Shown piece after piece: positions 23,554 through 37,365 of a DNA stretch of 64,000 nucleotides. A program made the translations under genes and the position numbers. The notes below the pieces were generated by a model. It was not told where the DNA came from. It worked only from the letters and a program-made list of their open reading frames with translations, and ran no database searches. The stretch lies in the NCBI GenBank assembly GCA_951406725.2, contig OX597815.1, positions 144,832,001 to 144,896,000 on the forward strand, written 5' to 3'. Position 1 is the stretch's first letter. Every line of letters starts with the position of its first letter. Origin of the DNA: Octopus vulgaris (taxonomy: Eukaryota).

Positions 23554-26500
23554 GTTTAGGAGAATGACTGACTTTTTCATTCTCAAGTTGATAGTTCAAA
23601 GTGGGGAGATGGAAGATTTGTTTGAGCATCAGAGTAAATTTCCTTGCAATTTTGTAATATTTATTTCAGCTCTTTATGTCTTAAATTTTGAATTTCACTG
23701 AGGTAAACTTTGTGTTTGGCCCCTTTAGTTGATTAAATAAAGTTCCAGTTCAGTAGTGAAGGCATGTGGCCTAGTAGTTAGGATGTTGTACTCATAATTG
23801 CAAGCTTACAGTTTCAATTATTAACCATCGTGCCAGCAGCAACCTTGAGCACCTCTTTGAACTCCATGTGTCTAACATGTGGGCATGTCTACAAAGTCAG
23901 AAAACAGCACAGCTCCCATGACTTTCAGAAACGTTTTTTCACACCCAGAGTTGCTGAAGCATGGAAGAGACTACCTACATCAGTTGTTAGTTGCTGAGAC
24001 ATTGCATCCATCAAACCTCCATGCTTCCTGAAATTCACCAACACTACACCTGATATCCTCCCCACCTCCATACGCATGTACACATGTATATCATGACTCA
24101 TACACTGTTCACTTTCCTGACTTTTGTACATCATTCTGTGTTATACATGCATATTTGATGAGTTGTAGTACACAATAATTTCATTGTTAATTCTCAAACC
24201 AGGCAGTGTTCTTGAACAAAACCCTTCATTTCAGTCCACTCAACTGAAAATGAATAAAACTGTAAGGGACAGGCATCCTGTTCAGGGGCAATATTGTGAT
24301 CTTAGTCAATTGTATACCTTGGAAACCAGGTAACTGACCCTAAGAGTCCTAGGGTTCAAGACAATGTGCAGTGGTTGATGATGATGATGATATGGGTTGA
24401 GATAATCTACAGCACCTTTCCATTGGTGGCAAGCTGGTACGATTGTCAAGAATAATTAAGACCATTGCAGTATTTATTTCAGCTATACATATTTTGAGTT
24501 TAAATCCTGCTGAAGTCAAATTTGTCTTTCATCCCTCCAGGGTTGATAGAATGAAGAATTAGTCGAGTACCAGGGCTGATGATATCAACTAACACCCTCC
24601 CCTCAGAACTTTTGGCCTTCTGGCTAAATTTGAAACCATTAATAAGTTGGTGTTTGGAACATAACTTAATAAAAAATATTCTTGCATAAAAGCCATGTTT
24701 TAACCCTTTCGTTACCAAACATTAATTAAATAATAACAGAAATATAGTAACAAAAAGGTTAAAATATATAATAGAGAAACAATTCTTAAGCAAAATGCTT
24801 TAAAATGATCAGTTTTGTATTCTGGGATCTTGGGAAAGTTGGTATCTTCCCCACCAAAAAATGAATTAGATGCAGGAGTGGCTGTGTGGTAAGAAGTTTG
24901 CTTCCCAACCACATAATTCCAGGTTCCGTCCTACTGTATGGTACCTTGGGCAAGTGTCTTCTTCTATAGCCTTAGGCTGGCCAAAGACTTGTGAATAGAT
25001 TTGGTAGATGGAAACTGAAAGAAGCCCATTGTGTATATGTATGTATGTGTTTGTGTCTGCGTTTTACCCTGCAACCACTTTATAACTGGTTTTGGTATGT
25101 TTATATCCCTTTCAACAAAAGAGCTGCTAAATTAGTATCAGGCTCAAAAAAATTTTAAAGTACTGAGGTTGGTGTATTCGACCAAAATTCCTCAACGTGA
25201 TGCTCCAGAATGATCACAGTTCAATGACTGAAATAAGTAAAAGATGAAAGGCAAATAATCACATTAAAGGGATCAGTTCTGTATTCTAGGACCTCAGGCT
25301 ATCACAGACAAATTGGTGCAAAGAAATGTTAATTTATCAAGCAGTGTCACAATGCTTACAAAACCTTTTCATTTCACCCACATAAAAATGCTTTGTTTCG
25401 TTAGTATAATGACCATGCTTCTCCAACATGAACCATTTCCATCATTCCATCACTCATGTTGTATGTCCTTTGGAAGTGGTGGGCATGTTCTTTCAAAATT
25501 GTGGAGAGACATATGACTGTGACATTGTGTCAAATATACAAAAGAGTGTGATTACAATAACAACAACAGCAGAACATTTTTCTGCTTGTTTGATTTCTTA
25601 TAAACATAGTAACATATCAACATAATAATAATAATTTCATGAATATTATGATTATAATAATTACTTTGTGATAATTATAATTAATCGGATTAACTTGATC
25701 CACATTGAGTCCTTATGGTTCAATATTGGTTATGTTCAATATATATTATTCATACGCTTATTTATTATCAAAAAAACAAATGGTGCAGCTGCTCTGATGA
25801 GATCTGAATTAGAACCTGGATTTCTTTGGTGGGAAAAACAATTCCTTTTCTTATTGATATTTTAAATGTTGCCCCTGAATGCATTGTTTTGTATTTGGTG
25901 TGTAAGATGATTCTTGATGTAATCTCATTTGTTGAAATATATTTTTGTTGGGTCAGCACTGGTTCTATTTCACTTTTATAAAGTGGGCAAGCTGGCAGAA
26001 TCATTACCACACCAAACAAAATGCTCAGCGTCATTTCTTTTGGCTCTTTACAAGTTCAAGCTCTCCTCATATCTTGATATGAGATCACCATGTCATGTCT
26101 ATATGATTGTGATGCATGTGCCTGGTGTACCTTTATCAGATGGGTAGTCATGATGGGTATATTGGGCTTTGTATATTTGCACCCCAGTGTCACTTTGATA
26201 GCATGCACTGCTCTCTCACTCAATAATAATAATAACAATAATGTGAAGGTACTCAGCCTAGTGGTTAGAATATTGCACTTACAATCACTAAATCATGGGT
26301 TCATATGACTTGCTTGCCTAGCCAGCAGGATGGCATCATTCGAAGGCTAAAACAATGTGAAGCACATTGTAACCAGTGGTGTATAACAATATCTGATAGT
26401 CTGATTGATACCATGAATAATAAAAGAAGTGAAATAGAGCCAGTACATGTGTTTATTAGTGGCATAATAGCCCTCCCAACACAACAAAATCAGAAATTCA

Positions 26501-26912
26501 TGTTTTTTCTACACAAATCCATGTTTGGTTATTGATATGCTTGCTTAAATTTCTCCCAATCCCAAATCCTCTTCCAACTTAGGACAAGAATCCTGTGTGC
26601 CTGCACCACCACCACCACTGCCTCTTTATTGATACAACATGGAGGTTAACTAACCTCGATACAGCATTGTTGTTATTATTATTGTTATTGTTGTTGTTGA
26701 TGTTCATGTGAGACTGGGAACTCCAGAACTGTTATATTCTCTCATGTTTTATGTTACAATGAGAATACAGGGGTTGGTTTTTGAGGTTTTTCACTGTCCA
26801 AGTTATTTGTCAGCAAACATTACATTAATAACAAAAAAATCTGCAAAATTTACACATTACACACACACACTCACATTTTTCATGAAGCATCATTTGATAT
26901 AACTATTTCGAA

Positions 26913-27018
26913 TATTTTTTTAGCCAAAACAATGCATATAAATTGCATTGTTTTGGCTTTATGTCTAAAACATATATATATATATATATCATCATCGTTT
27001 AACGTGATGATGATGATT

Positions 27019-27049
<31 letters not shown>

Positions 27050-27117
27050 CTGTGTGCGTTTTAGATATTAAGCCAAAACAATGCAATTTATATGCATTGT
27101 TTTGGCTAAAAAAAATA
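26913..27117. repeat. Nested palindrome: ~58-bp inverted arms, each itself a hairpin
   Basis: agccaaaacaatgca-tataaat-tgcattgttttggct in each arm; the arms are reverse complements around a microsatellite core. Confidence 0.9.
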
Positions 27118-28294
27118 TATATATATGGTGAAGGCATGGGTGTATGGTTAAGAAGCTGGCTTCCCATCCATGTGGTCTTGGGTTCAGTCCCACTAGGCAG
27201 CATCTTGGACAACTGTCTTCTACTATAGCCCAGGGCCAATCAAAGCCTTGTGAGTGGATTCGATAGATGGAGACTGAAAGAGGCATGTTGTGTGTGTGTG
27301 TGTGTGTGTGCACAGATATAGTTCTTTCTAGGTTTGATTGACTTCCAATATTTTGTTCACACAGTTATTTAATGTTGTATTGTCATAACTTTGTCTTAAA
27401 TATCATCTTGTGTTATTGATTTTTTTGTTTTCTTATTTATTTATTTATTCTTTATATATATTTTTTCATCTTCTGTATTTAAATCTAATTTCTGGTTTTA
27501 TATTATTTAATAGTTTTCCTTATAAATTTAAATCAATTAATTATGATTTATCAAAAATAAACCTCAAAAAGAAACAATAAAAAAAGGGTCTCTTCCAATG
27601 AATCCTTATTTTTCTGTCTGTTTTAACTTATATTTAATATCTTTTGAACAATTTAGATCACTTTAACCATTTTTTTACCATATTTCTGTTGAAATACATA
27701 GCTTCTATTTCAATTTTGAAAATAACGACAAATTTATTAAAGTAAATTTGTTGTTATTAAAACTGGTGTCTGAATATATATTTTGATGAAGGTTTTAATT
27801 GAAATTACTTCAAACAATTCTGTTTCTTCAAATACAGCATGTGTGTGTGTGCGTGTAAGAAAGAAAAAAATAACAAAAGACCCTGCAAAACAAATATAAG
27901 TATAGGAGTTCTTTTTGCATTTGTTCTCTTCCTGTTCTGACATGGAAAAATCTAGATTATAAAGAATCTCGTGATAAAAATTAAAAGATCGCAAAAAAAT
28001 ATATATAACAGAGCAAAGACAGGAATGGAGAAACCGTAACAGTTGATCTATTTGGCAAATGTCCCACTAGGTTAATTACCTAATTGTATGTCATTTCTGT
28101 TTACAACAATATAATAACAGCCACTGCTATAGTAAACGCAACAAGCAACAACCGAATTTCTGATTAAATTTTACAGAATGATTCTGGTTGTACAACCTGG
28201 AGAGATTGTAGGCTTTGATTGCAGTGAAGCTGCCGTTTTGGACTTCAGTTCTTTGTCGGAGCATAGTGTTTGGGTAATGCTTGTGGAAGTTTAA

Positions 28295-29149
28295 CCCTTT
28301 AGCATTCAAACTAGTTATATCTGGCCTAAATATTCTGTTTTATGTTCATACTGATAGATCTGGTCTCTTACCTGTACTCTAGAATGTCATTCATCATCAT
28401 CATCATCGTTTAATGTCCGTTTTCCATGCTAGCACGGGTTGGACGGTTCGACCGGGGTCTGGGAAGCCAGGGGCTGCACCAGGCTCCAGTCTGATCTGGC
28501 AGTGTTTCTACAGCTGGATGCCCTTCCTAACGCCAACCACTCCGCAAGTGTAGTGGGTGCTTTTTACGTGCCACCTGCACAGGTGCCAGGGGAGTCCGGT
28601 ATCGGCCACGATCGGTTGGTGCTTTTTACGTGCCACTGGCATGGAAGCCAGCCAAGGCGGCGCTGGCATCGGCACGTTCGGATGGTGCCTTTTATGTGGC
28701 ACCGGCACAGAAGTCAGTCGAGGCAGCGCTGGCACACCACATCATTGAAATTTTAAAAGTATGTGATAATGTATGATTCCTGACTGGCTCCTGTACCAGT
28801 GGCATGTAAAAAGCCACCATCTGAATGTGGCTGATGCCAGTGCTGCCTTGACTGGCTCTCATACCAGTGACACATAAAAACTCCATCCAAACATGGTTGA
28901 TGCCAGCTCCCTCTGGCCCCTGTGCTGGTGGCACGCAAAAAGCACCCACTCAGAGTGGTTGGCATTAGGAAAGGCATCCAGGTATAAAAACACTGCCAGA
29001 TCAGACTGGAGCCTGGTGCAGCCTCCTGGCTTCCCAGACCCCAGTCGAACCGTCCAACCCATGCCAGCATGGAAAGCGGACGTTAAACAATGATGATGAT
29101 GTGAATAAATAAGTATTGCATTTGACGGAGTAATTGTTATGCTAAAGGG
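28295..29149. mobile_element. piggyBac-type MITE interrupted by two oppositely oriented family D elements
   Basis: TTAA-ccctttagcat ... atgctaaaggg-TTAA. Confidence 0.75.
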
Positions 29150-31046
29150 TTAAAAGAAGGTTTGATTGAGGTCAGTGGTCTGAATCAGCTACAACCCATC
29201 AACGAAATGTTTATGTAATGTTGGCAGATGTTTAAAAGATGCAGCTGATGGAAACAACTTGGTTTGAATCAACAACAGTCATTCAGTCCCCTGACAGGGG
29301 GTAGTGTTTATGTAATACCAATGGAAGTTAGGAACTGAAGTTTTGTGATAACTGGGTTTGGGTAAGCTAGAAAGAATAGCCCAAGCTTTGTGGTTTCCCA
29401 CTGCTTCTCTAGCAATGCCATAAGCCAACAAGAGAGTCTCTATTCTACTTCTAGTTGGTCACTTGACCTACTAGAAATAGCAGTAAATAATTCCTAAATG
29501 ATACCCTGCTACCTTAAAAAAAAACCCAAAATGGACACATTGGATAACATAGTCATACACGTATCACAGTCGTCAGCTTGTCCCTCAAATCTGAGGACTG
29601 ATTTCTCCGGGAGAATATTTGAACCATTAAAGCTGGTGGTAAATGTGGCTAGCGAGGCCAATCTTCACCTAGAACATGTGATTTCATTAGCCACATGTAA
29701 ATGTGACAATCGGTTGCAGATGGGTGCTGTCTGGCCTTTCATTGTTGTTGTCTCTCCTCTTATTCTTTCTCTTTAAAACAATTTTATGTTATTTCTTTAT
29801 TGTCCACAGGGGGCTAAACATAGACGGGACAAACAAGGATAGACAAAGGGATTAAGTAAATTACATCGACCCTAGTGCGTAACTGGTACTTATTTAATCG
29901 ACACCAAGAGGATGAAAGGTAACGTCAACCTCGGTGGAATTTGAACAGAACTCAGAATGTAACGGCAGTCGAAATACTGATAAGCATTTCGCCCGGCATG
30001 CTAACAATTCTGCCAGCTCGCCTTTAAAACAATATTATGTTATTGTTTATGTTTTGTTGGTAATCAGGGTGTTTGGTTACAGTCGTCTCAATATTCAGGG
30101 GTTCAAATCTGGTCTGTTTCAGAGTTGACTTATTCATATACAAACATTATGTTGTTTTATTGTCTATTGTCTTCATGTTTGTTAACTTGAGTAACAAAAT
30201 TATATTTATTTCTCACCTGCCATTCTGGATTGGAGCTTAATCTAACATTAATCCATTTGAAAGCCACAAAGCCTCTGGATATTTTCATGTAATATCTCAT
30301 AATCCTCAACCAAATCCTAAATAAGAAATTTTTGTTATTCTTCTGTCATTAAAATAAATATGGCTTGTAAGAAATTTCTTCTTTGTCTACTGCAAAGTTT
30401 ACTGAAAAGTATCATTATATGTGCATGTGATAGTCACATGGACATAATGTCTTTCGTCTTCTACTTGTTTCAGTCATTAAACTGCAGTCGTGCTGGGGTA
30501 CCACCTTACTTATTCTATCACTCTATTTTGCTGAACTGCTAAGTTATGGAGATGTAAACACACCAACACTGATGCTCAAGTGGTTGTAGGACACACACAC
30601 ATGCATACAACAGGATGCTTTCGTCTATCAAATCTTCTCACAAAGTTTTGATTGGCCCAAAGCTATAATAGAAAAAACTTGCCCAAGGTGGCACACAATG
30701 TGACTGAACCCAGATCGATGTGGTTGGGAAATAAACTTACTACACATCCACATTTGCACCTAATAATAATAATAACCAGTGAAATCTTTTGCTCTGTTAG
30801 TAAAGATTGGTTGTGACTGGTTTGAATTTCACCATTTCACCTTTGTTCTGTTCTTGACTAAAACTCAATGAAAAATTAGTGTAGGACACAGGCATGGTTG
30901 TACGGTTGGTTTGAGTTTAATCCCATTTAATGGTGCTTTGGTGTCTTCGACTATAGCACTGGGCCAACCTATGTTTTGTGAGTGGATGTGATACACAGAA
31001 AACTGTGTGGAAGTCTGTTATATGTATGTGTATGTATATATATATA

Positions 31047-32123
31047 TCTATAATATAAATTGGACATGGGCGATTGTTGTATTCTTTCTTGTCTTGAAGT
31101 TCACAGCCAAATGGCTGGGTGGATGCGCGTGAAAAATGGCACATATGTGGAGATGGGTGCATACATTGGAATGCGGTTAGTATTTTTTTCTTAGTCCCCA
31201 TACTTACAGAGAAAATCGATTAAAACTTTTCTAATGGAATTCCCCCTGTTTGTTCTGCCATTAAAACAACCAGTTGCTCACACGGAAGGCATATACCATT
31301 TCGCTAGCAACAAGGGGAGTACAGGATGACAGCCAGCCAAAACTTTCTCATTATGCTGTCTCTCTTCTTTCACCTCTTTGTGGGGTTTACCTTAAAAGAC
31401 GTCAATCATCATGACACACACCTTCACTCACTCACTCTATCTTTCTTTATCACCCTCTTTCTCTCTCACATACACACACGCAAGCATAGAGGCATGCACG
31501 CACAAACACACACATACACACACACACGTCCATTTCAAATATCGTCTTTCAATTTCTGCTCTTTGCAAATAAAATTTTTAAAGATACAACTGCTTACAGA
31601 AATAGTGATTAATGTATAATTTTTTTCTATGTTCATAATTAAATAAATGTTTTAATGATTAGACAGAGGTCCAATACAGTAGCTCTCAGAAACAGACTAC
31701 GTACAAGTACCTTAATCATCATGACACACACCTTAACTCACTCACTCTCTCTTTATCACCCTCTTTCTCTCTCACATACATATGCATAACAATGCACGTG
31801 CACACACACGCACAAAAATAGGGATTAATGTATAATTTCTTTCTATGTTCATAATTAAATAAATGTTTTAATGATTAGACAGAGGTCCAATAGATTAACA
31901 CTCAGAAGCAGACTATGTACAAATTCGTTCTTCACAACTCCTGAAGCTGTTTTCTGGCAAGGGTGGGGGAGAATCAGGGAATTTTCATATAGCTGGAGGC
32001 TCCAATCGAAACAGGGGACCTGAAATGATAAGGTTGAGAAATGCTGTTATAGATTATGCCTTACCGAAAATGATCAGAGCCACATCATCCAAACAGACCG
32101 GGTGATACTGGGCTTAGCTGCTA

Positions 32124-32124
<1 letters not shown>
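31047..32124 (+). mobile_element. Non-autonomous Helitron-like element with internal tandem duplication
   Basis: A|TCTATAATATAAA 5' end; subterminal hairpin ccgggtgatactgg then CTAG|T 3' end; no TSD, in an AT site of a TA run; direct repeat ~31403-31705 / 31714-31922. Confidence 0.7.
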
Positions 32125-32194
<70 letters not shown>

Positions 32195-33851
32195 AGAGAG
32201 AGAGAGAGATAGATAGATAGAGAGTGTTTAAACACATAATCTGTTAAGGAACAGATTATGTGTTTAAAGCCCAAAGATTGCTTGGAGATGTAAGGTGTGT
32301 TATAAAAACCTGCTTAGCACGTGTCTTCACAGCAAGAAACTATTAGGAGCTTGTCTCTTGATAATGTATACATTAAATGATGTGTGTGTGTATCTTTGTC
32401 CCCTTTCCCACTGCTTGGCAACCAGTGTTGATTTGTTTATGTCACCATCACTTAGCAGTGACTGGCCATGCTAGAGCACCACCTTTAGTCGAGCAAATGG
32501 ACTCCAGGTTTATTCCTTGTAAGCCTAGTACTTATTCTATCGGTCTCTTTTGCTGAACCGCTAAGTTATGGGGATGTAAACACACCATCGGTTGTCAAAT
32601 AATGTTGGGGGACAAACACACACACGCCGGTAAGGTGACACTGGCAATGATCACGCTTGAATGGTGCTTTTCACTTGTCACCAGTACGGGAGCCAATCCG
32701 TGGCCCTGGCAACGGGCCCTGGTGTGTAATTGTTTGGCATTTCCATTGATCATTGGCTTTGGAATTGGGATACACAGTTTGATGATACTGTACTGAACCA
32801 CTTAATTAAGCACTGAATATAGTTTGTATATACATATATAGGAGCACTCTGTCGGTCACAATGACCAGGGTCCCAGCTGATAAGATCAACGCAACAGCTT
32901 GCTCGTGAAATTAACGTGCAAATGGCTGAGCAATCCACGGACACGTGTACCCTTAACGAAGTTCTCAGAGAGATTCAGCATGACACAGTACTACTCATTT
33001 TTGCCAGCTGAGTAGACTGGAGCAATGTGAAATAAAGTGTCTTGCTCAAGGACACAATACTCTGCCAGGAATGGAACTCACCACCTTACAATTGTGAGTC
33101 GAATGCCCTAACCACTTAGCCACACACCTTCACACACACACATACACACACATATGTATTTGTTAATCATGATATCAAACATCAGAAAGCAGTATTGTTA
33201 CTGGTAAATAGTCAATATACAAACAGATAAAGACAGATATAAAACACTAAGGCATTGGTCACTATTGTTTTCTGTTTAAATGTGGACAATGATGGAGCTT
33301 AGAAAGAACATTTAACAAAGCTCAAACGAAAGGGCTAGGCATTCAATTCTTCCACACTATTGGAACATTGCTGAATTGGCATGTAAATAGCACCATTCAA
33401 GTGTGATCGTTACCAGCGTTGCCTTACGGGCACGTGAAAAACGACATTCAAGCGAGGTCATTACCAGTGCCACTGGACTGGCTCCTGTGCAGGTGGCATG
33501 TAAAAAACACCATTTGAGTGCGGCTGTTGCCAGTACCGCCTGACTGGCTCTTGTGCCTGTGGCACATAAAAGCACCCTTTACACTCTTGGAGTGGTTGGC
33601 ATTAGGAAGGGCATCAAGCTGTAGAAACTCTGCCAGATCAGATTGGAGCCTGGTGCAGCCATCTGGCTTGCCAGTCCTCAGTCCAACCCATGCCAGCATG
33701 GAAAGCAGACGTTAAACGATGATGATATATATATATGTGTGTGTGTGTATATATATGTATATACATACATATATATATCAAATGCTATATTTAATTGAAA
33801 ATTAATCATCAGTGTACTTTCCCTGATTATCTATTATTTCCTTCCATCTAT

Positions 33852-34610
33852 TTACAAGCTTTTAATCCCATCAATGCAAAAGTCATTTGGTTTCAAAGTA
33901 AAGAATTCTGATATGTCAGTTTCAACCTCCTCCTGGCTTGCGAAAGTTATGTTCCCCAAATGATTCTGTAAGCTATGAAACAAATGGTAGTCTGAAGGAG
34001 CAAGGTCAGGAGAATACGGTGGATGAGGAATTTTTTCACAACCAAGCTCTTCGATCTTCTGTGGTGTGATCTTTGCAGTGTGGGGTTGTGTATTGTCCTG
34101 ATGAAACATCACTCCTTTTCAATTCACTAAAGCGGGATTTTTTTCTTCAAAGCTTGGTTCAAATGCTCTAATTGCTGACAGTAGACTTGAGCATTGATTG
34201 TTGCATTAGGTGGTAACAATTCAAAGTGAATTACTCCTTTGCAATCCACCAGATAGAGAGAAAAACCTTTTTCCCATGAGCTTTTTCCCTTTTACCAAGC
34301 CACTGTTTACGATGTTTAACATTTCGATAGAAGATCCATTTTTCATCACCAGTCACAAGTCTATCCAAAAAGGGTGAAATGATTTCGCGAGAATGGAGAG
34401 AAGAGCAGAGGTCAACTCAGGATTTGTGGTTGCTTTCAGACAATTCATGAGGCACCCATTTTCCAAGTTTAGGAACCTTTCCAAGTTGTTGATGACGATG
34501 AACAGTTGTATGGTTTGAACTAAACTTTATTGCCAATTGTTCAACTGATAATACAGGATTTTTCTTCAAGTAATGCCTCAAGGAGCTTATCATCAAACTC
34601 AACTGGACAT
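33852..34610 (-). pseudogene. Mariner (DD34D) transposase relic
   Basis: WVPHEL, VTGDEKWIFY, HQDNTQPH and YSPDLAPSDYHLF motifs, with stops and frameshifts. Confidence 0.92.
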
Positions 34611-35014
34611 CCTGCTTGATCTTTAATTTGAGTTTTTTTTTTCATTCTAACCTATTTTCAATCATCTGTGAAAATTTAAAAGTAATATTCAAAAATTTAA
34701 GTACTCTGGGACTTAATGGGTTAAACCAGTTTTGATTCCGTTAGGACTATTCCACGTCGATAAAATATTATTTCTACTCTGTAACTCCGGAAGAAATCAT
34801 TATTACTCTTTTACTTGCTTCAGTCATTTGACTGTGGCCATGCTGGAGCACCGCCTTTAGTCAAGCAAATTGACTCCAGGACTTATTCTTTGGAAGCCTA
34901 GTACTTATTCTATTGGTCTGTTTTGCCGAACTGCTAAGTTACGAGGATGTAAACACACCGCCATCGGTTATCAAGCGATGACAAACACAGACACACAAAC
35001 ATATACACACACAT

Positions 35015-35049
<35 letters not shown>

Positions 35050-35050
<1 letters not shown>

Positions 35051-35460
35051 GAATAAATGAAAGAATGGAGTCGAACGAAGATGTTAACAAAATTCCTTTA
35101 CTCTCAACATATGTTTCGAAGACAACATGGTTTCATTCCAAAGGAATAAAGGGTGCATTATGCAATCTTCTCATCAGGAAAGAAAGGGAGATTGCATAAT
35201 GCACCCTTTATTCCTTTGGAATGAAAACATGTTGTCTTCGAAACATATGTCGAGAGTAAAGGGATTTTGTTAACATCTTCATTCGACTCCATTCTTTCAT
35301 TTATTCATATACAACACACAAATTTATGCACATGAACCCGGAGTTTCTACCCTTGACAGGTCGCTTCAACTGTGTTTCTGACGTGAATTTGCTACCCAGG
35401 TTTCGGTTAAACGAATTTTCCATGCTGACGATAAACATAGGATAATTCATTCACCTACTT
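35050..35460. mobile_element. Penelope-like element terminus (inverted pLTR-type duplication) inserted in the (TA)n of a family A SINE
   Basis: ~120-bp near-perfect inverted arms 35046-35168 / 35189-35311; hammerhead core; SINE resumes after a second TA run at ~35480. Confidence 0.7.
35095..35187 (-). ncRNA. Type I hammerhead ribozyme motif
   Basis: stem I ccttt-ctttc / gagag-t-aaagg; CTGATGA (35177-35171); stem II gaagat / gtcttc; GAAAC (35117-35113)-ATAT-GTT; the inverted arm carries GAAAC-ATAT-GTC. Confidence 0.75.
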
Positions 35461-37365
35461 ATATATATATATATATATATGACGGGCTTCTTTCAGTTTC
35501 CGTCTACCAAATCCACTCACAAGGCTTTGGTCGGCCTGTGGCTATAGTAGAAGACACTTGCCCAAGGTGCCACGCAGTGGAAATGAACCTGGAACCATGT
35601 AAGCAAGCAACTTACCACACACCCACTCCTTCAGCTATATATTGTTACTTGGTAAAGCAGTTTGCTGGCAGAGACATTCCCATGCTGGACAATGTGCTTA
35701 GCAGCATTTCTTTTTGAGTTTAAATACCACCAGGATTGACTTTGCCTTTCATCCTTTTGGGGATGACTAAAATAAGTATCAGCTGAGCACTGGGGTTGAT
35801 GTAATTGACTTGGTCCCTTCCCTGAAACTGCTGGCTTTGTGCCAAAATTTGAAACCAATATTTTGTTACTTGATAGTGAAAAGAAATCATCAAAAATTAA
35901 ACTCTGTCTCTAGAATTTACGTCAAGCCAAGTAAAATTGTAGTTGTGGCTGATGCTGGTGTTACATAAAATGCACCTTTCGAGTATTGGGCCTCACGGAG
36001 GCAAAGTGGCTGAGCTCCTTTTGAGTGTTGGGCCTCACGGAGGCAATGACCAAGACCTTTGGCATTATGTTGTGCTTGAGAAGAAGACCCCTCAAGCCGA
36101 GCAAAATTGCAGTTGTTGGCAGATACTGGTGTCATGCAAATGGCACTTGTGCCGGTAGCATGTAAAAGCACCCATTACTCTCTCACGTCCAACCCATGCC
36201 AACATAGACAACGGACATTAAATGATGATGATGTTGGTGGTGATGATGGCGATGATGATGATGATGATGGCAATGGTGATGACGATGATGACAATGAAGA
36301 TGATGAAGAATGTTTTCTCTATAGAATTTACATTAGTGATCATCTGTCTGTAGAATTTAATTCTGGAATAGTTTTCCTCCGTAATCTATTTCTGAAACAG
36401 TCTCTTTATAGAATTTATTTTCGCAATGGTTGTTGTTGATATTAAAAAAAAAAAGAAACAAACATATGAAACATTAATATTAAGAAACCCTTTGGAAAAA
36501 TGTTTACCAAAGTGTAAAATGTAAAAGTGCATTTCCTTTTCTTTGTTTTTCCTGTCTTGCATGTTGCTTCGTAATGTCACGAGTGCTGGTATTATGAAAG
36601 AAAGCACCCAGTACACACAGTAAAGTGGTTGGCGTCAGGAAGGGCATCCAGTCATTGAAATCCTGCTAAAGCTGACTTTGGGGCACAATACAACCCTATC
36701 AAACCGGATCCTATCAAACTGTCCAACTCAGCCCAGTATGGAAAATGGAGATTGATTGATGAATTGATTGACTGATTTGTTGAATTATGGAACTACAATA
36801 TGTACAGAACCCCCTCTTCGTATGACTATTGTTCTCTTTGAATTTGTTTGTTATACATAATGGTGCTGCTGGCTTGTTTGTCACACCATGTTTTTTTAAA
36901 ATTACTTTTTTCCATTCAATATTATGAGAAAATGTGCGATACTATTTTTTTACACTTTTTACTCTTTTACTTGTTTCAGTCATTTGACTGCGGCTATGCA
37001 GGAGCACCACCTTTAGTTGAGCAAATCGACAGCAGGTTTTATTCTTTGTAAGCATAGAACTTATTCTATTGGTCTCTTTTGCTGAACCGTTAAGTTATGT
37101 GGACGTAAACACTCCAACATTGGTTGTCAAGCAATGTTGGGGGGGGGGGGGGACAAACACAGGCATAGACACACACATACACATATATATATACGATGGG
37201 CTTCATTCAGTTTCCATCTATTAAATCCACTCACAAGGCTTTGGTCGGCCCGAGGCTATAGTAGAAGACATTTGCCTAAGGTGCCATGCAGTGGGGTTGA
37301 ACCTGAAACCATGTGGTTGGTAAGCAAGCTACTTACCACACAGCTACTCCTACACCTTAGCTTGC

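Noticed and set aside
36107-36439. Poly-Asp acidic protein
   Set aside because: Expanded (GAT)n tail of a family D element
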